DNA of 64,000 bases from an uncultured Bacilli bacterium (GTDB taxonomy: Bacteria; Bacillota_I; Bacilli_A; RF39; UBA660). The position numbers were made by a program, and so were the translations under genes. A model generated the notes under the pieces. The model saw nothing but the letters and a program-made list of their open reading frames with translations. It searched no databases and was not told the DNA's origin. Of this stretch, positions 18,811-28,013 are shown piece after piece; the first letter of the stretch is position 1; each line of letters begins with the position of its first letter. Where the stretch lies: assembly GCA_934141145.1 (NCBI GenBank), contig CAKPCA010000001.1:31500-95499 (forward strand), written 5' to 3'.

Positions 18811-19135
18811 AATGTTTAGACACCTCCATTATTTCTATTTCTTTTATTTCCCTTAAATCTTCTATTACTATATTATTATCTTTTTGCTTAAATATTAATC
18901 TATATTGCATAGTAATATTAATAGCAAAATAATCCTTTAAATCACCAGTTAATTTATGTCTTCTAAATGGAAGAGTTTGAGGTACATCCATTAAACAAAC
19001 AAAAGATTTAAGTTCTTTTATTCTTTGAGGTAACCTTTTTGCCACATCAATTCCATATTTTTTAACTAACTCTTTATTATATTTAGGATTTTCACAGAGA
19101 TTTTTAAGCTTATCATTTTTATATGTTAATTCCAT
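18803..19135 (-). CDS. higB: HigB/RelE-ParE superfamily toxin (plasmid-maintenance killer-type)
   Basis: MELTYKNDKLKNLCE ... RRHKLTGDLKDYFAINITMQYRLIFK fits the HigB pattern. I reassigned the start to the ATG at 19133-19135, which has the RBS AAGGGAGGAA, rather than the track start at 19177, which has no RBS. Confidence 0.6.
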   Translation of the reverse strand: MELTYKNDKLKNLCENPKYNKELVKKYGIDVAKRLPQRIKELKSFVCLMDVPQTLPFRRHKLTGDLKDYFAINITMQYRLIFKQKDNNIVIEDLREIKEIEIMEVSKHYE

Positions 19136-19236
19136 GTTGTTCCTCCCTTGATTTGATTTACTTAATAGGTTAATCATATTATAACAGTATTATTTTAAAT
19201 TGTAAATAATTTTGATTTACTTTTTTGGTAAATTAA

Positions 19237-19260
19237 AAGAAAAGAACATTTTCTTTTCTT
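19237..19260 (-). terminator. Terminator hairpin downstream of ffh
   Basis: AAGAAAAGAA-catt-TTCTTTTCTT followed by a U-rich tract. Confidence 0.4.
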
Positions 19261-19265
19261 ATATA

Positions 19266-20582
19266 TTAAAATGGCATCTTAAATGAACCATTACTGAACA
19301 TTTTCATCATTTTTTTACTTTGTTCGAACTGAGTTAATAATTTATTTACTTCTTGAACACTTGTTCCAGAACCTTTTGCTATTCTTATTTTTCTATTTGC
19401 TTTTATTATTTCTGGTTTTCTTCTTTCTTCAGGAGTCATAGAAAGAATTATTGCTTCTACTCTTGCCATGTCTTTTGGATCAATATTAATATTGTTTAAT
19501 CCCATTTTTTTAGCACCTGGTATTAATTTTAACAATCCTTCTATTGAACCTAATTTCTTTATTTGTTTAAATTGCGCTAAAAAGTCTTCTAAATCAAATT
19601 TACCTTTTTGCATTTTTTTAAATGTTTTTTCTGCATCTTTTTCATCTTCTTCAGTGTAAACAGATTCAACCTTTTCAACAAGAGACATAATATCTCCCAT
19701 ACCTAAAATTCTATTTACCATTCTTTCTGGATCAAATACTTCAAGTCCATCAAGTTTTTCAGAAGTACCTATAAATTTGATTGGAACATTTGTTAAGTGT
19801 CTAGCTGACAAGGCAACACCACCTTTAGTATCACCATCTAACTTAGTTAAAATAGTACCTGTAAGTGGTAGTTTATCATTAAATCCATTAATTACATTAA
19901 TAGCATCTTGACCAATCATACTATCTAATACAAGTAATATTTCATCAGGATTAAATTCTTCATTTAATGATTTTAATTCATTCATTAATTCTTCATCAAC
20001 ATGAAGTCTACCAGCAGTATCTATTAATATATAATCAAGTTTATTTTCTTTAGCATATTCTAATGCATTTCTAACTATTTCATTAGGATTTTTTACACCT
20101 TCTTCATAAACTGGAATATTAAGTTCTTTACCAATAGTTTTTAATTGTTCTATTGCAGCTGGTCTATATATATCACATGCGACAAATAAAGGCTTTTTAT
20201 TATATTTTTTTCTAAGTAAATTACCAAGTTTACCAATAGTTGTTGTTTTACCTGAACCTTGAAGACCTACAAGCATTAATATTGTAGGGTTCTTTTTAGT
20301 TTCTATTTCACTAGTCCCCTCACCAAGTAAATTAAGTAATTCATCTTTTAATATTTTTAAAAATACTTCACTTGGTTTTAAACTTTTTCTTACTTCTTCA
20401 CCAAGTGCTTTTTCTTTAACATTATTTGTAAATTCTTTAACTACTTGATAGTTAACGTCTGCTTCTAAAAGTGCAAGTCTAACTTCTCTTAAAACATCAC
20501 TTATATTATCTTCAGTTATAACTCCATATCCTTTTATTTTCTTCATTGCACTTTCTAATCTATCACTTAAATTTTCAAACAT
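19266..20582 (-). CDS. ffh: Signal recognition particle protein Ffh (SRP54)
   Basis: GLQGSGKTTT, a DTAGR box, and a C-terminal M-domain. Confidence 0.95.
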   Translation of the reverse strand: MFENLSDRLESAMKKIKGYGVITEDNISDVLREVRLALLEADVNYQVVKEFTNNVKEKALGEEVRKSLKPSEVFLKILKDELLNLLGEGTSEIETKKNPTILMLVGLQGSGKTTTIGKLGNLLRKKYNKKPLFVACDIYRPAAIEQLKTIGKELNIPVYEEGVKNPNEIVRNALEYAKENKLDYILIDTAGRLHVDEELMNELKSLNEEFNPDEILLVLDSMIGQDAINVINGFNDKLPLTGTILTKLDGDTKGGVALSARHLTNVPIKFIGTSEKLDGLEVFDPERMVNRILGMGDIMSLVEKVESVYTEEDEKDAEKTFKKMQKGKFDLEDFLAQFKQIKKLGSIEGLLKLIPGAKKMGLNNINIDPKDMARVEAIILSMTPEERRKPEIIKANRKIRIAKGSGTSVQEVNKLLTQFEQSKKMMKMFSNGSFKMPF

Positions 20583-20598
20583 TATTCATCCTCCTAAA

Positions 20599-20898
20599 CT
20601 AATTATCAAGTATTTCTAACATACTGTTTCTTAATTTTTCATCTGCTTCTTTTAAAACTAATGTTCTAAGTTTATTTGTTTTATCTAAAAACTTTAATTT
20701 TTCTTCATACTCTAGTAATTTATCACATGCTACTCTAAGTTGTTTATGCACAGCATTTCTGCTTACATTAAGATTCTCTGAGATTTCACTTAAGCTCAAA
20801 TTATTAAAGTAATACTCTACGAAATAATTTTGTTGTGAACTTGTTAATAAATTACCATAATAGTCATAAAGAATTATTAAATTATTTATCTCATCCAT
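20599..20898 (-). CDS. ylxM: UPF0122 putative DNA-binding protein YlxM
   Basis: ~100-aa HTH protein directly upstream of ffh (LSLSEISENLNVSRNAVHKQL). Confidence 0.8.
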   Translation of the reverse strand: MDEINNLIILYDYYGNLLTSSQQNYFVEYYFNNLSLSEISENLNVSRNAVHKQLRVACDKLLEYEEKLKFLDKTNKLRTLVLKEADEKLRNSMLEILDN

Positions 20899-20906
20899 AT
20901 TATCAC

Positions 20907-21896
20907 CTACATCATTTCTTTAAATAGTCCATAAACATATTTTTCTAAGTCAAATACTCTTAAATCATCTATTTGTTCACCTAAACCAATAAATTTTACA
21001 GGAATATTAACTTCGTCTTTTATTGCTAAAACTATTCCACCTTTTGCAGTACCATCAAGTTTAGTAAGTACGATACCGGTTATATTTGTTATCTCTTTAA
21101 AATTCTTTGCTTGACTTATTCCATTTTGTCCTGTTGTTGCATCTATTACAAGTAAAGTTTCTTGAGGAGCATTTGGTACTAAAGAAGAAATAACTCTATT
21201 AACTTTTTCTAGTTCTTTCATTAAATTAACTTTATTTTGAAGTCTTCCTGCTGTATCTATTAATACTATGTCATAATTTTCATTTTTAGCTTTTTCTAGT
21301 GCTTGATATATAACGCTAGATGGATCTGCATTTTCCCTTCCAGATATTGTTTCAATACCTAATTTTTCTCCCCAATTTTTCAATTGTTCAACAGCACCTG
21401 CTCTAAATGTATCACCAGCAACAAGCATAACTTTTTTACCCATATTTTTTTCTCTATTTGCAATTTTTGCAATTGATGTAGTTTTACCGACACCATTAAC
21501 TCCTACAAATAAAATTACAGTAGGTCCTTCATTACTATAATTTATTTTATTTACAAGTATTTCATCATTTACATAAATAATAAATAATTCATCGACAATT
21601 AGTTCTTTTAATTCTTCTGGATCGGTAATCTTTTCATTTTTAGCTCTTGTTACTAATCTATCCATAAAACTCATAACAGTATTTACACCAATATCTGCCA
21701 TTATAAGTATTTCTTCTAATTCTTCAAAATATTCAAGATTTACCTTTTTATACTTCTTATTAAGTGAATTTAACTTTGATGTAAATTCCTCTCTTGTCTT
21801 TTTTAAACCTTTATCATATAAATCTTTTTCTTTAGTATCTTTATCTTTTTTTATTATATTTTTTAGTTTATTAAAAAATCCCATATATATCACCAT
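20907..21896 (-). CDS. ftsY: Signal recognition particle receptor FtsY
   Basis: GVNGVGKTTSIAK, DTAGR, and an SRP-GTPase NG domain. Confidence 0.9.
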   Translation of the reverse strand: MVIYMGFFNKLKNIIKKDKDTKEKDLYDKGLKKTREEFTSKLNSLNKKYKKVNLEYFEELEEILIMADIGVNTVMSFMDRLVTRAKNEKITDPEELKELIVDELFIIYVNDEILVNKINYSNEGPTVILFVGVNGVGKTTSIAKIANREKNMGKKVMLVAGDTFRAGAVEQLKNWGEKLGIETISGRENADPSSVIYQALEKAKNENYDIVLIDTAGRLQNKVNLMKELEKVNRVISSLVPNAPQETLLVIDATTGQNGISQAKNFKEITNITGIVLTKLDGTAKGGIVLAIKDEVNIPVKFIGLGEQIDDLRVFDLEKYVYGLFKEMM

Positions 21897-21955
21897 AATA
21901 ATTATATCATTTTAAGGCGCAAAAAAAAAGAAAAAGATTTTTCTTTTTTCTTTGA

Positions 21956-22273
21956 TTATGCTGCCATTACATATCCATATAAAATTAATGCAAACATAAC
22001 TACTACAAATACTAAAATTAAGGCATCAACCCAAACACCAAACATTGCAGTATCATTTGTTACCTTGAAACTTTTATCTGCATTTGAAATATTGCTAGAT
22101 TGTCTTTTTACAGGTGCTTTTTTAGCAGTTGTTGTTCTTGTTACTGGTTTCTTAGCTACAGTTGTTCTTTTTGCTGTTGTTGTCTTTTTAGCAGCAGTGC
22201 TAGTTGTTTTTCTAGCAGTTGTAGTTTTTTTAGCTGCTGGTTTTTTAGTTGTAGTTTTCTTAGTTTCTGCCAT
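21956..22273 (-). CDS. Tail-anchored membrane protein with a Lys/Thr-rich basic repeat N-terminal region (KKTTT motif)
   Basis: N-terminal KKTTTKKPAAKKTTTARKTT repeats and a C-terminal TM helix LILVFVVVMFALILYGYV. The DNA shows the matching direct repeats. Confidence 0.45.
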   Translation of the reverse strand: MAETKKTTTKKPAAKKTTTARKTTSTAAKKTTTAKRTTVAKKPVTRTTTAKKAPVKRQSSNISNADKSFKVTNDTAMFGVWVDALILVFVVVMFALILYGYVMAA

Positions 22274-22374
22274 ATCACTCTCTCCCTTATCTTATTTTAC
22301 ACTTACTATTATATATGATTTTTTAGAAATAATCTAGAGTTTTTTCACTTTTTTATACAAAATATGTAAATAAA

Positions 22375-22400
22375 AAGAAAAAAGAACCTTTTACAGTTCT
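22375..22400 (-). terminator. Terminator after the coiled-coil gene
   Basis: AAGAAC-cttttaca-GTTCTT followed by TTAT. Confidence 0.4.
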
Positions 22401-23519
22401 TTATAATGATAATTTACCATCTTTAATGTCGCTTAAACTTGCATTTGTTATTATATCTCTTTTTTCTTTTAACAATTTTAATTTATTATTTATAGTATCT
22501 AATTCTTTTTTTACTTGATTTCTTTCACTGTATAACTTATCAATGTCAATACCAGCTTCTTTTAAGTTAATACCCATAGATTCATTCCAAAGTGTATTAT
22601 ATTCTTTTTTTATTTTGTTAACTTCTTTTATTGTTTCAATAATTTGAGCTTGTACCTCATCTAATTTATCAAATTTTACTCTTTCTTCAATAGAAATTTC
22701 TCTTCCATTTTCATTAGTATACTTACTATTTTTAATTAAACCTTGCATTTCACTTATTAATTTTGACTTTTCATCTTCATAATGCTTTCTTGTTTCTTCT
22801 TTTGAAGCACTTGTACCCTTTATATTGTCAACTTCTGATTTGTTATTTTCAATTCTAACAAGTTCTGCTTTTATTTTTTGAATTCTTCTTAATTTATCTG
22901 TAGCAGATTGTTCTTTTACTATTTCTGTTTCTTTTTTATTTGAAGTTTCTAACTTAGGTTCTTCTTTTGTATCAATAACTTTTTCGGCTTTAGGTTCTAC
23001 CTTTGATTCTTCGCTTACTTTTGTTAAATTTTCAAGCATTAATTCTAGTAAATCAGCTTTTTTTGATTTATCATTTTTAATATTATTTTTAATGAATGAT
23101 TTTAAATTTTCCTCTTTTTCTTGATTACCTTCTATTTTCTGAAGCAGTTCATTTATTCTAGACATTTTTTCTTCATTAATAATTGCACCTTCTAAATATG
23201 CAACTACCGCTTGTTCAACATTTATATTTTCAAAATCAATAGTTGGTTCACCTTCTAATTCTTCTGATTCATCACTAGTAACTTTTGGCACTACTTTTGC
23301 CTTTTTCTTTAATCCTAATTTTTCTAATATTTTGTTAAATTTTTCATCGCTCCAAATACGAATATCACTACTATTTTTTTCTGCTTTTCTTAATTTTAAT
23401 TTATCAAAAATACTAAGTTTACCTTCTTCTTTTGAAAATAAAGATTGTATTTTTTTAATTGGATGATGAAATGAATAACTTACTTTTGCAAATAATTTTA
23501 TAATTTTTTCATTTTTCAT
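22401..23519 (-). CDS. Coiled-coil protein of unknown function, in the position where smc usually lies upstream of ftsY
   Basis: 372 aa, strongly charged heptad-like sequence, with no SMC head or hinge motifs. Confidence 0.45.
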   Translation of the reverse strand: MKNEKIIKLFAKVSYSFHHPIKKIQSLFSKEEGKLSIFDKLKLRKAEKNSSDIRIWSDEKFNKILEKLGLKKKAKVVPKVTSDESEELEGEPTIDFENINVEQAVVAYLEGAIINEEKMSRINELLQKIEGNQEKEENLKSFIKNNIKNDKSKKADLLELMLENLTKVSEESKVEPKAEKVIDTKEEPKLETSNKKETEIVKEQSATDKLRRIQKIKAELVRIENNKSEVDNIKGTSASKEETRKHYEDEKSKLISEMQGLIKNSKYTNENGREISIEERVKFDKLDEVQAQIIETIKEVNKIKKEYNTLWNESMGINLKEAGIDIDKLYSERNQVKKELDTINNKLKLLKEKRDIITNASLSDIKDGKLSL

Positions 23520-23585
23520 TTAAAATTCCCCCTTTTTCAAATGACGCGCATTATAATATCAAAAAATATTATTTTTGTCAAATTA

Positions 23586-23614
23586 TTGCAATAAAATAAA
23601 AATAATAGTATAAT
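23586..23614 (+). promoter_or_regulatory. SigA-type promoter for rnj (TTGCAA -17- TATAAT)
   Basis: TTGCAA at 23586-23591 and TATAAT at 23609-23614 with a 17-bp spacer, about 50 nt upstream of the rnj RBS AAAGGAGA. Confidence 0.5.
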
Positions 23615-23663
23615 TATAGTCGTTAATCTTTATTTAACTTTAATATTAAGAAAGGAGATATTA

Positions 23664-25346
23664 ATGAAATTATTCGAAAACAATATGGATACTAAGGTTT
23701 TCGCATTAGGTGGACTTGGGGAAGTTGGAAAAAACATGTATTGCATAATGCATGGTAATGAATTAATAATTATTGATAGCGGTGTATTATTTCCTGAAGA
23801 GTCTTTATTAGGTATCGATTATGTTATTCCTGATTTTAATTTTCTTAAGAAAAATGAAAATAAGATAAAAGGACTATTTATAACACATGGACATGAAGAT
23901 CATATAGGTAGTATTAACTTTTTACTTCAAACGGTTAATATTCCTGTTATATACGCACCTAATCAAGCGGCTAACCTTATTAAAAAGAAATTAGCAGATA
24001 GAAATATGAGATATGATAATATTGTCATATTTGATGAAAATAGTAGATTTAAGTTTAAATATTTTGATATAGAATTTATTTCTACAACACATTCAATTCC
24101 TGATAGTTATAGTATTGTTGTTAATACACCTAATGGTACTATAGTAGAAACAGGAGACTTTAAATTTGATTTAACACCTATTGGACCAATGGCAAATTTA
24201 CAAAAAATGGCAAGAATTGGTGAAAAAGGTGTAACACTTTTAATGAGTGAAAGTACTAATGCATTAAATCCTGGAATATCCCTTAGTGAATCTAGAGTAG
24301 ATGCTACACTAAGTGACTTATTTCAAAGGCAAACTGGAAGAATTATAGTAGCAACATTTGCATCTAATGTATATAGATTAAAACATATAATAGAAACATG
24401 CAAAAGAAATAATAGAAAAGTTGCACTATTTGGTAGAAGTATGGAAACTCAAATAGAAATAGCAATAACATCTGGATATATAAAAGATACAAATATATTT
24501 ATAACACCAGAGGAAGCTAATAAAGCAAAACCAGAGGAAGTATGTTTATTATGTACAGGGTCTCAAGGTGAACCACTTGCAGCATTATCTAGAATTGCAA
24601 ATGGTACAGATAGAAAAATAAAATTATTACCTACAGATACTGTTATATTCTCATCTTCACCAATTCCTGGTAATGCTGGTGCAGTTGCTAATACATTAAA
24701 TAAATTAGCACTACAAGGTGTTAAAACTTATACAAATACATCATTAAATGAAATACATTCATCTGGGCATGCAAATCAAGAAGAATTAAAGTTAATGATT
24801 AGATTAATGAAACCAAAATATTTAATGCCTATACATGGTGAATATAGAATGCTTAAATCTCATGCTGATTTAGCTGTAAGCTGTGATGTACCAAGAGAAA
24901 ATACATTTATTATGCAAAATGGAGATGTTTTATCAATACTTAATGGTAAAGTAAGAAGAGATAAAAGCTTCCCATGTTATGATATTTATGTAGATGGTAA
25001 TAGAATTGGAGATATTGGTAATATTGTTATCAAAGATAGAAAAATAATGGCTAACGATGGAATACTTGTTGTCATATGTAATATCAATCAATCTAAGAGA
25101 CTATTACTTGGTAGAGTTAATATTACAACAAGAGGATTTGTATTAGTAAATGAAAATGAAGAACTATTAAAAGAAATTGAAAATAAAGCTTTCGAAGTAA
25201 TAGTTAAAGAACTTAAAAATAAAAAGTTCAATTATAGTGACTTAAAAAGTCAGATTGTAAATGAACTTGCACCATTTTTACTTGAAAAAACTGGTAGAAA
25301 ACCAATTGTTCTTCCTGTAATTATGGATATAAAAAATAGCGATTAA
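23664..25346 (+). CDS. rnj: Ribonuclease J (metallo-beta-lactamase / beta-CASP)
   Basis: HGHEDHIGS motif; ~555 aa with beta-CASP and C-terminal domains. Confidence 0.9.
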   Translation: MKLFENNMDTKVFALGGLGEVGKNMYCIMHGNELIIIDSGVLFPEESLLGIDYVIPDFNFLKKNENKIKGLFITHGHEDHIGSINFLLQTVNIPVIYAPNQAANLIKKKLADRNMRYDNIVIFDENSRFKFKYFDIEFISTTHSIPDSYSIVVNTPNGTIVETGDFKFDLTPIGPMANLQKMARIGEKGVTLLMSESTNALNPGISLSESRVDATLSDLFQRQTGRIIVATFASNVYRLKHIIETCKRNNRKVALFGRSMETQIEIAITSGYIKDTNIFITPEEANKAKPEEVCLLCTGSQGEPLAALSRIANGTDRKIKLLPTDTVIFSSSPIPGNAGAVANTLNKLALQGVKTYTNTSLNEIHSSGHANQEELKLMIRLMKPKYLMPIHGEYRMLKSHADLAVSCDVPRENTFIMQNGDVLSILNGKVRRDKSFPCYDIYVDGNRIGDIGNIVIKDRKIMANDGILVVICNINQSKRLLLGRVNITTRGFVLVNENEELLKEIENKAFEVIVKELKNKKFNYSDLKSQIVNELAPFLLEKTGRKPIVLPVIMDIKNSD

Positions 25347-27530
25347 TTAGTCGCTATTTTTATTTTCTTTCTTTTCTTCTTTTATTTCTTGCATTGGAAG
25401 TGCTTCTTTTCTAGATAAATTAAGTTTACCTTTTTTATCGTATCCAGTTGCTTTTACCAATATTTCATCACCAACAGATACAACATCACTTGGTTTTTCA
25501 ACTCTTTCATTTGCAAGTTGTGATACATGTACAAGACCTTCACAACCTTCCCATAATCTAACAAAGCATCCAAAATCATGAATATCTACTACTTTTCCTG
25601 TGTAAATCTTTCCTATTTCTACTTCTCTAGCTACATTTTCTATCATTTCTCTTGTTTTATCAATAATTTCTTTATCCATATGATAAATAGTAACTGTACC
25701 ATCATCTGCTAAATCAACTTTAACAGCATTAACATCATTTACACTATTAACATGGCTTGCTTCTAATATGATTTTAGTAATCATATCTCCACCTTTACCA
25801 ATAACATCCTTAATTTTATCAGGATTAATTTTAAATATTTCTGTTTTAGGTGCATATTTAGATACTTCTTTTCTAGGTTCAGCAATTATTCCTTCCATCA
25901 TATCAAGTATTTTCATTCTTGCTTCTTTTGCTTGCGCTAAAGCTTCTTTTAATATTTGTTTTGTAATACCTTTAATCTTAATATCCATTTGAAGTGAACA
26001 AATACCTTTTCTTGTTCCACCTACTTTAAAGTCCATATCACCTAAATGATCTTCCATACCTTGTATATCAGTTAGTATTGTATAATCTTTTTCATCTTTT
26101 GATGTTATAAGTCCCATAGCAATACCCGCAACTGGAGCTTTTATTGGTACACCTGCAGCCATTAAACTCATACATCCAGCACATATTGTAGCTTGTGAAC
26201 TTGATCCATTTGATTCTAGTATTTCAGAAACTACTCTAACTGTATATGGGAATTCTTCTTCACTTGGCATTACTTGTTTTAAACATCTTTCACCAAGTGC
26301 ACCATGACCTATTTCTCTTCTACCAGGAGCACCATATCTTCCTGTTTCACCTACTGAAAATTGCGGGAAATTATAATGTAACATAAAATGTTTTTCTGCT
26401 TCTAAACTTATTCCATCAAGTGCTTGATATTCATTTAAAGCACCAAGTGTAGTAACTGCTAGAGCTTGTGTTTCTCCTCTTGTAAATACAGCAGATCCAT
26501 GTGTTCTTGGAAGAATATCAATTTCACCACTAAGTGGTCTTATTTCATTCATAGCTCTTCCATCTGCTCTTGTTTTTTCATTAACAGTAATTGATCTAAA
26601 TATATCGTATTCTATTGATTCTAATACTAGTTTTACCTTTGTTAATAAAATATTTAATTCATCTTTATCTAAATCACTATTTTCTTCTTCATATTTAGAA
26701 ACAACTTCTTTTTTAACATTATCTATTGCTTCATATTTAGCAAGTTTTTCTTTTATTCTCATTGCAGAATCTAACTTATCTGCTGCAAGACTCTTTACTT
26801 CTTCTCTTAGCTTATCAGTTATGTCTAATTTTTCATATTCCATTTTAGGTAATCCTATTTCTTCAATAATAGTTTTTTGAAATTCACATAACTCTTTAAC
26901 TGCTTCATGACCAAACATTAATGCTTCAAGCATATCCTCTTCTGATACTTCTTTTGATCCTGCCTCAACCATGTTTATTGCTTCTGTAGTTCCCGCAACT
27001 GTTAAATCAATATCTGATTTTTCAAGTTCATCAGGTGTTGGATTTATAATAAATTCTCCATTTACTCTACCAACTTTTACACCTGCGATTGGACCATCAA
27101 ATGGTATTTGTGAAATACTTGTTGCTAGTGAAGAACCAAACATTGCTGCTAGTTCTGGTGAATTATCAGTATCAACTGATAAAACTGTATTAACAACTTG
27201 TACCTCATTTCTAAAATCTTCTGGAAACATTGGTCTCATTGGTCTATCAATCATTCTTGCTGCTAGTGTTGCAGCATCTGTTGGTCTACCTTCTCTTTTA
27301 ATAAATCCTCCAGGAATCTTACCAACAGAATATAATTTTTCTTGGTATAAAACCATAAGTGGGAAGAAATCAGATAAAATATTTGCATTATCAGATACAA
27401 CTGCTGTAGATAAAATAACTGTATCACCATATCTTACTAAAACTGCTCCATCTGCTTGTTTTGCATATTCACCTTGTTCTATAACTAATTTTCTTCCTCT
27501 AAAATCTAATTCAAATACTTTTTTACTCAT
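25347..27530 (-). CDS. pnp: Polynucleotide phosphorylase
   Basis: Two RNase PH domains plus KH and S1; ~700 aa; located downstream of rpsO. Confidence 0.95.
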   Translation of the reverse strand: MSKKVFELDFRGRKLVIEQGEYAKQADGAVLVRYGDTVILSTAVVSDNANILSDFFPLMVLYQEKLYSVGKIPGGFIKREGRPTDAATLAARMIDRPMRPMFPEDFRNEVQVVNTVLSVDTDNSPELAAMFGSSLATSISQIPFDGPIAGVKVGRVNGEFIINPTPDELEKSDIDLTVAGTTEAINMVEAGSKEVSEEDMLEALMFGHEAVKELCEFQKTIIEEIGLPKMEYEKLDITDKLREEVKSLAADKLDSAMRIKEKLAKYEAIDNVKKEVVSKYEEENSDLDKDELNILLTKVKLVLESIEYDIFRSITVNEKTRADGRAMNEIRPLSGEIDILPRTHGSAVFTRGETQALAVTTLGALNEYQALDGISLEAEKHFMLHYNFPQFSVGETGRYGAPGRREIGHGALGERCLKQVMPSEEEFPYTVRVVSEILESNGSSSQATICAGCMSLMAAGVPIKAPVAGIAMGLITSKDEKDYTILTDIQGMEDHLGDMDFKVGGTRKGICSLQMDIKIKGITKQILKEALAQAKEARMKILDMMEGIIAEPRKEVSKYAPKTEIFKINPDKIKDVIGKGGDMITKIILEASHVNSVNDVNAVKVDLADDGTVTIYHMDKEIIDKTREMIENVAREVEIGKIYTGKVVDIHDFGCFVRLWEGCEGLVHVSQLANERVEKPSDVVSVGDEILVKATGYDKKGKLNLSRKEALPMQEIKEEKKENKNSD

Positions 27531-27600
27531 AAAATTCTCCTCTAACTATATTTTACCACAATAATTGCATTTTAAATATTATATTTTGACTTTTATAAAA

Positions 27601-27622
27601 ATAAAAAGCACATAAGTGCTTA
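27601..27622 (-). terminator. rpsO terminator / processing hairpin between rpsO and pnp
   Basis: AAGCAC-ataa-GTGCTT overlaps the rpsO stop and is followed by a U-tract on the minus strand. Confidence 0.55.
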
Positions 27623-27889
27623 TTTTCTTAATCCTAATTTTTGAATTAAAGTTCTATATCTGTTAATATCAGTTTTCTTTAAATATTCAAGTAAGTTACG
27701 ACGTCTACCAACTTTCATAAGTAAACCTTTTTTTGAATGAAAATCATGAATATTAACTTTTAAATGTTCTGTTAATGTTTGAATTTCTTTTGTAAGAATT
27801 GCTATTTGTACTTCTGGAGAACCAGTATCGCCTTCGTGAGTAGCATATTCTTTAATTATATTTTCTTTTTCTGATTTCTTTAATGCCAT
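27620..27889 (-). CDS. rpsO: 30S ribosomal protein S15
   Basis: 89 aa; [30 protein letters not shown]. Confidence 0.95.
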   Translation of the reverse strand: MALKKSEKENIIKEYATHEGDTGSPEVQIAILTKEIQTLTEHLKVNIHDFHSKKGLLMKVGRRRNLLEYLKKTDINRYRTLIQKLGLRK

Positions 27890-28013
27890 TTTAATTTTCC
27901 TCCTTTTTTAATAATTAGCCTTTAACATAGTGTATGGTCAGGAAAAAACCATATACCAAGCAAAAGGTACGATAATAATATACATTAAATTCATAAATTT
28001 ATCAAGTATTCTT

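Noticed and set aside
17743-19177. Possible prophage/ICE remnant suggested by the XRE-ImmA module
   Set aside because: No integrase, recombinase, capsid, terminase or tRNA attachment site within the window. A stand-alone TA/defense module fits better.
19136-19177. ORF-track start for the HigB-like gene at 19177
   Set aside because: No Shine-Dalgarno upstream of 19177, whereas the in-frame ATG at 19135 has AAGGGAGGAA at optimal spacing. The shorter start was used.
22065-22337. Plus-strand ORFs 22065..22337 and 22100..22318 (Cys/Ser/Phe-rich)
   Set aside because: Antisense to the KT-repeat gene; the composition is an artefact of the repeat DNA read in the opposite frame.
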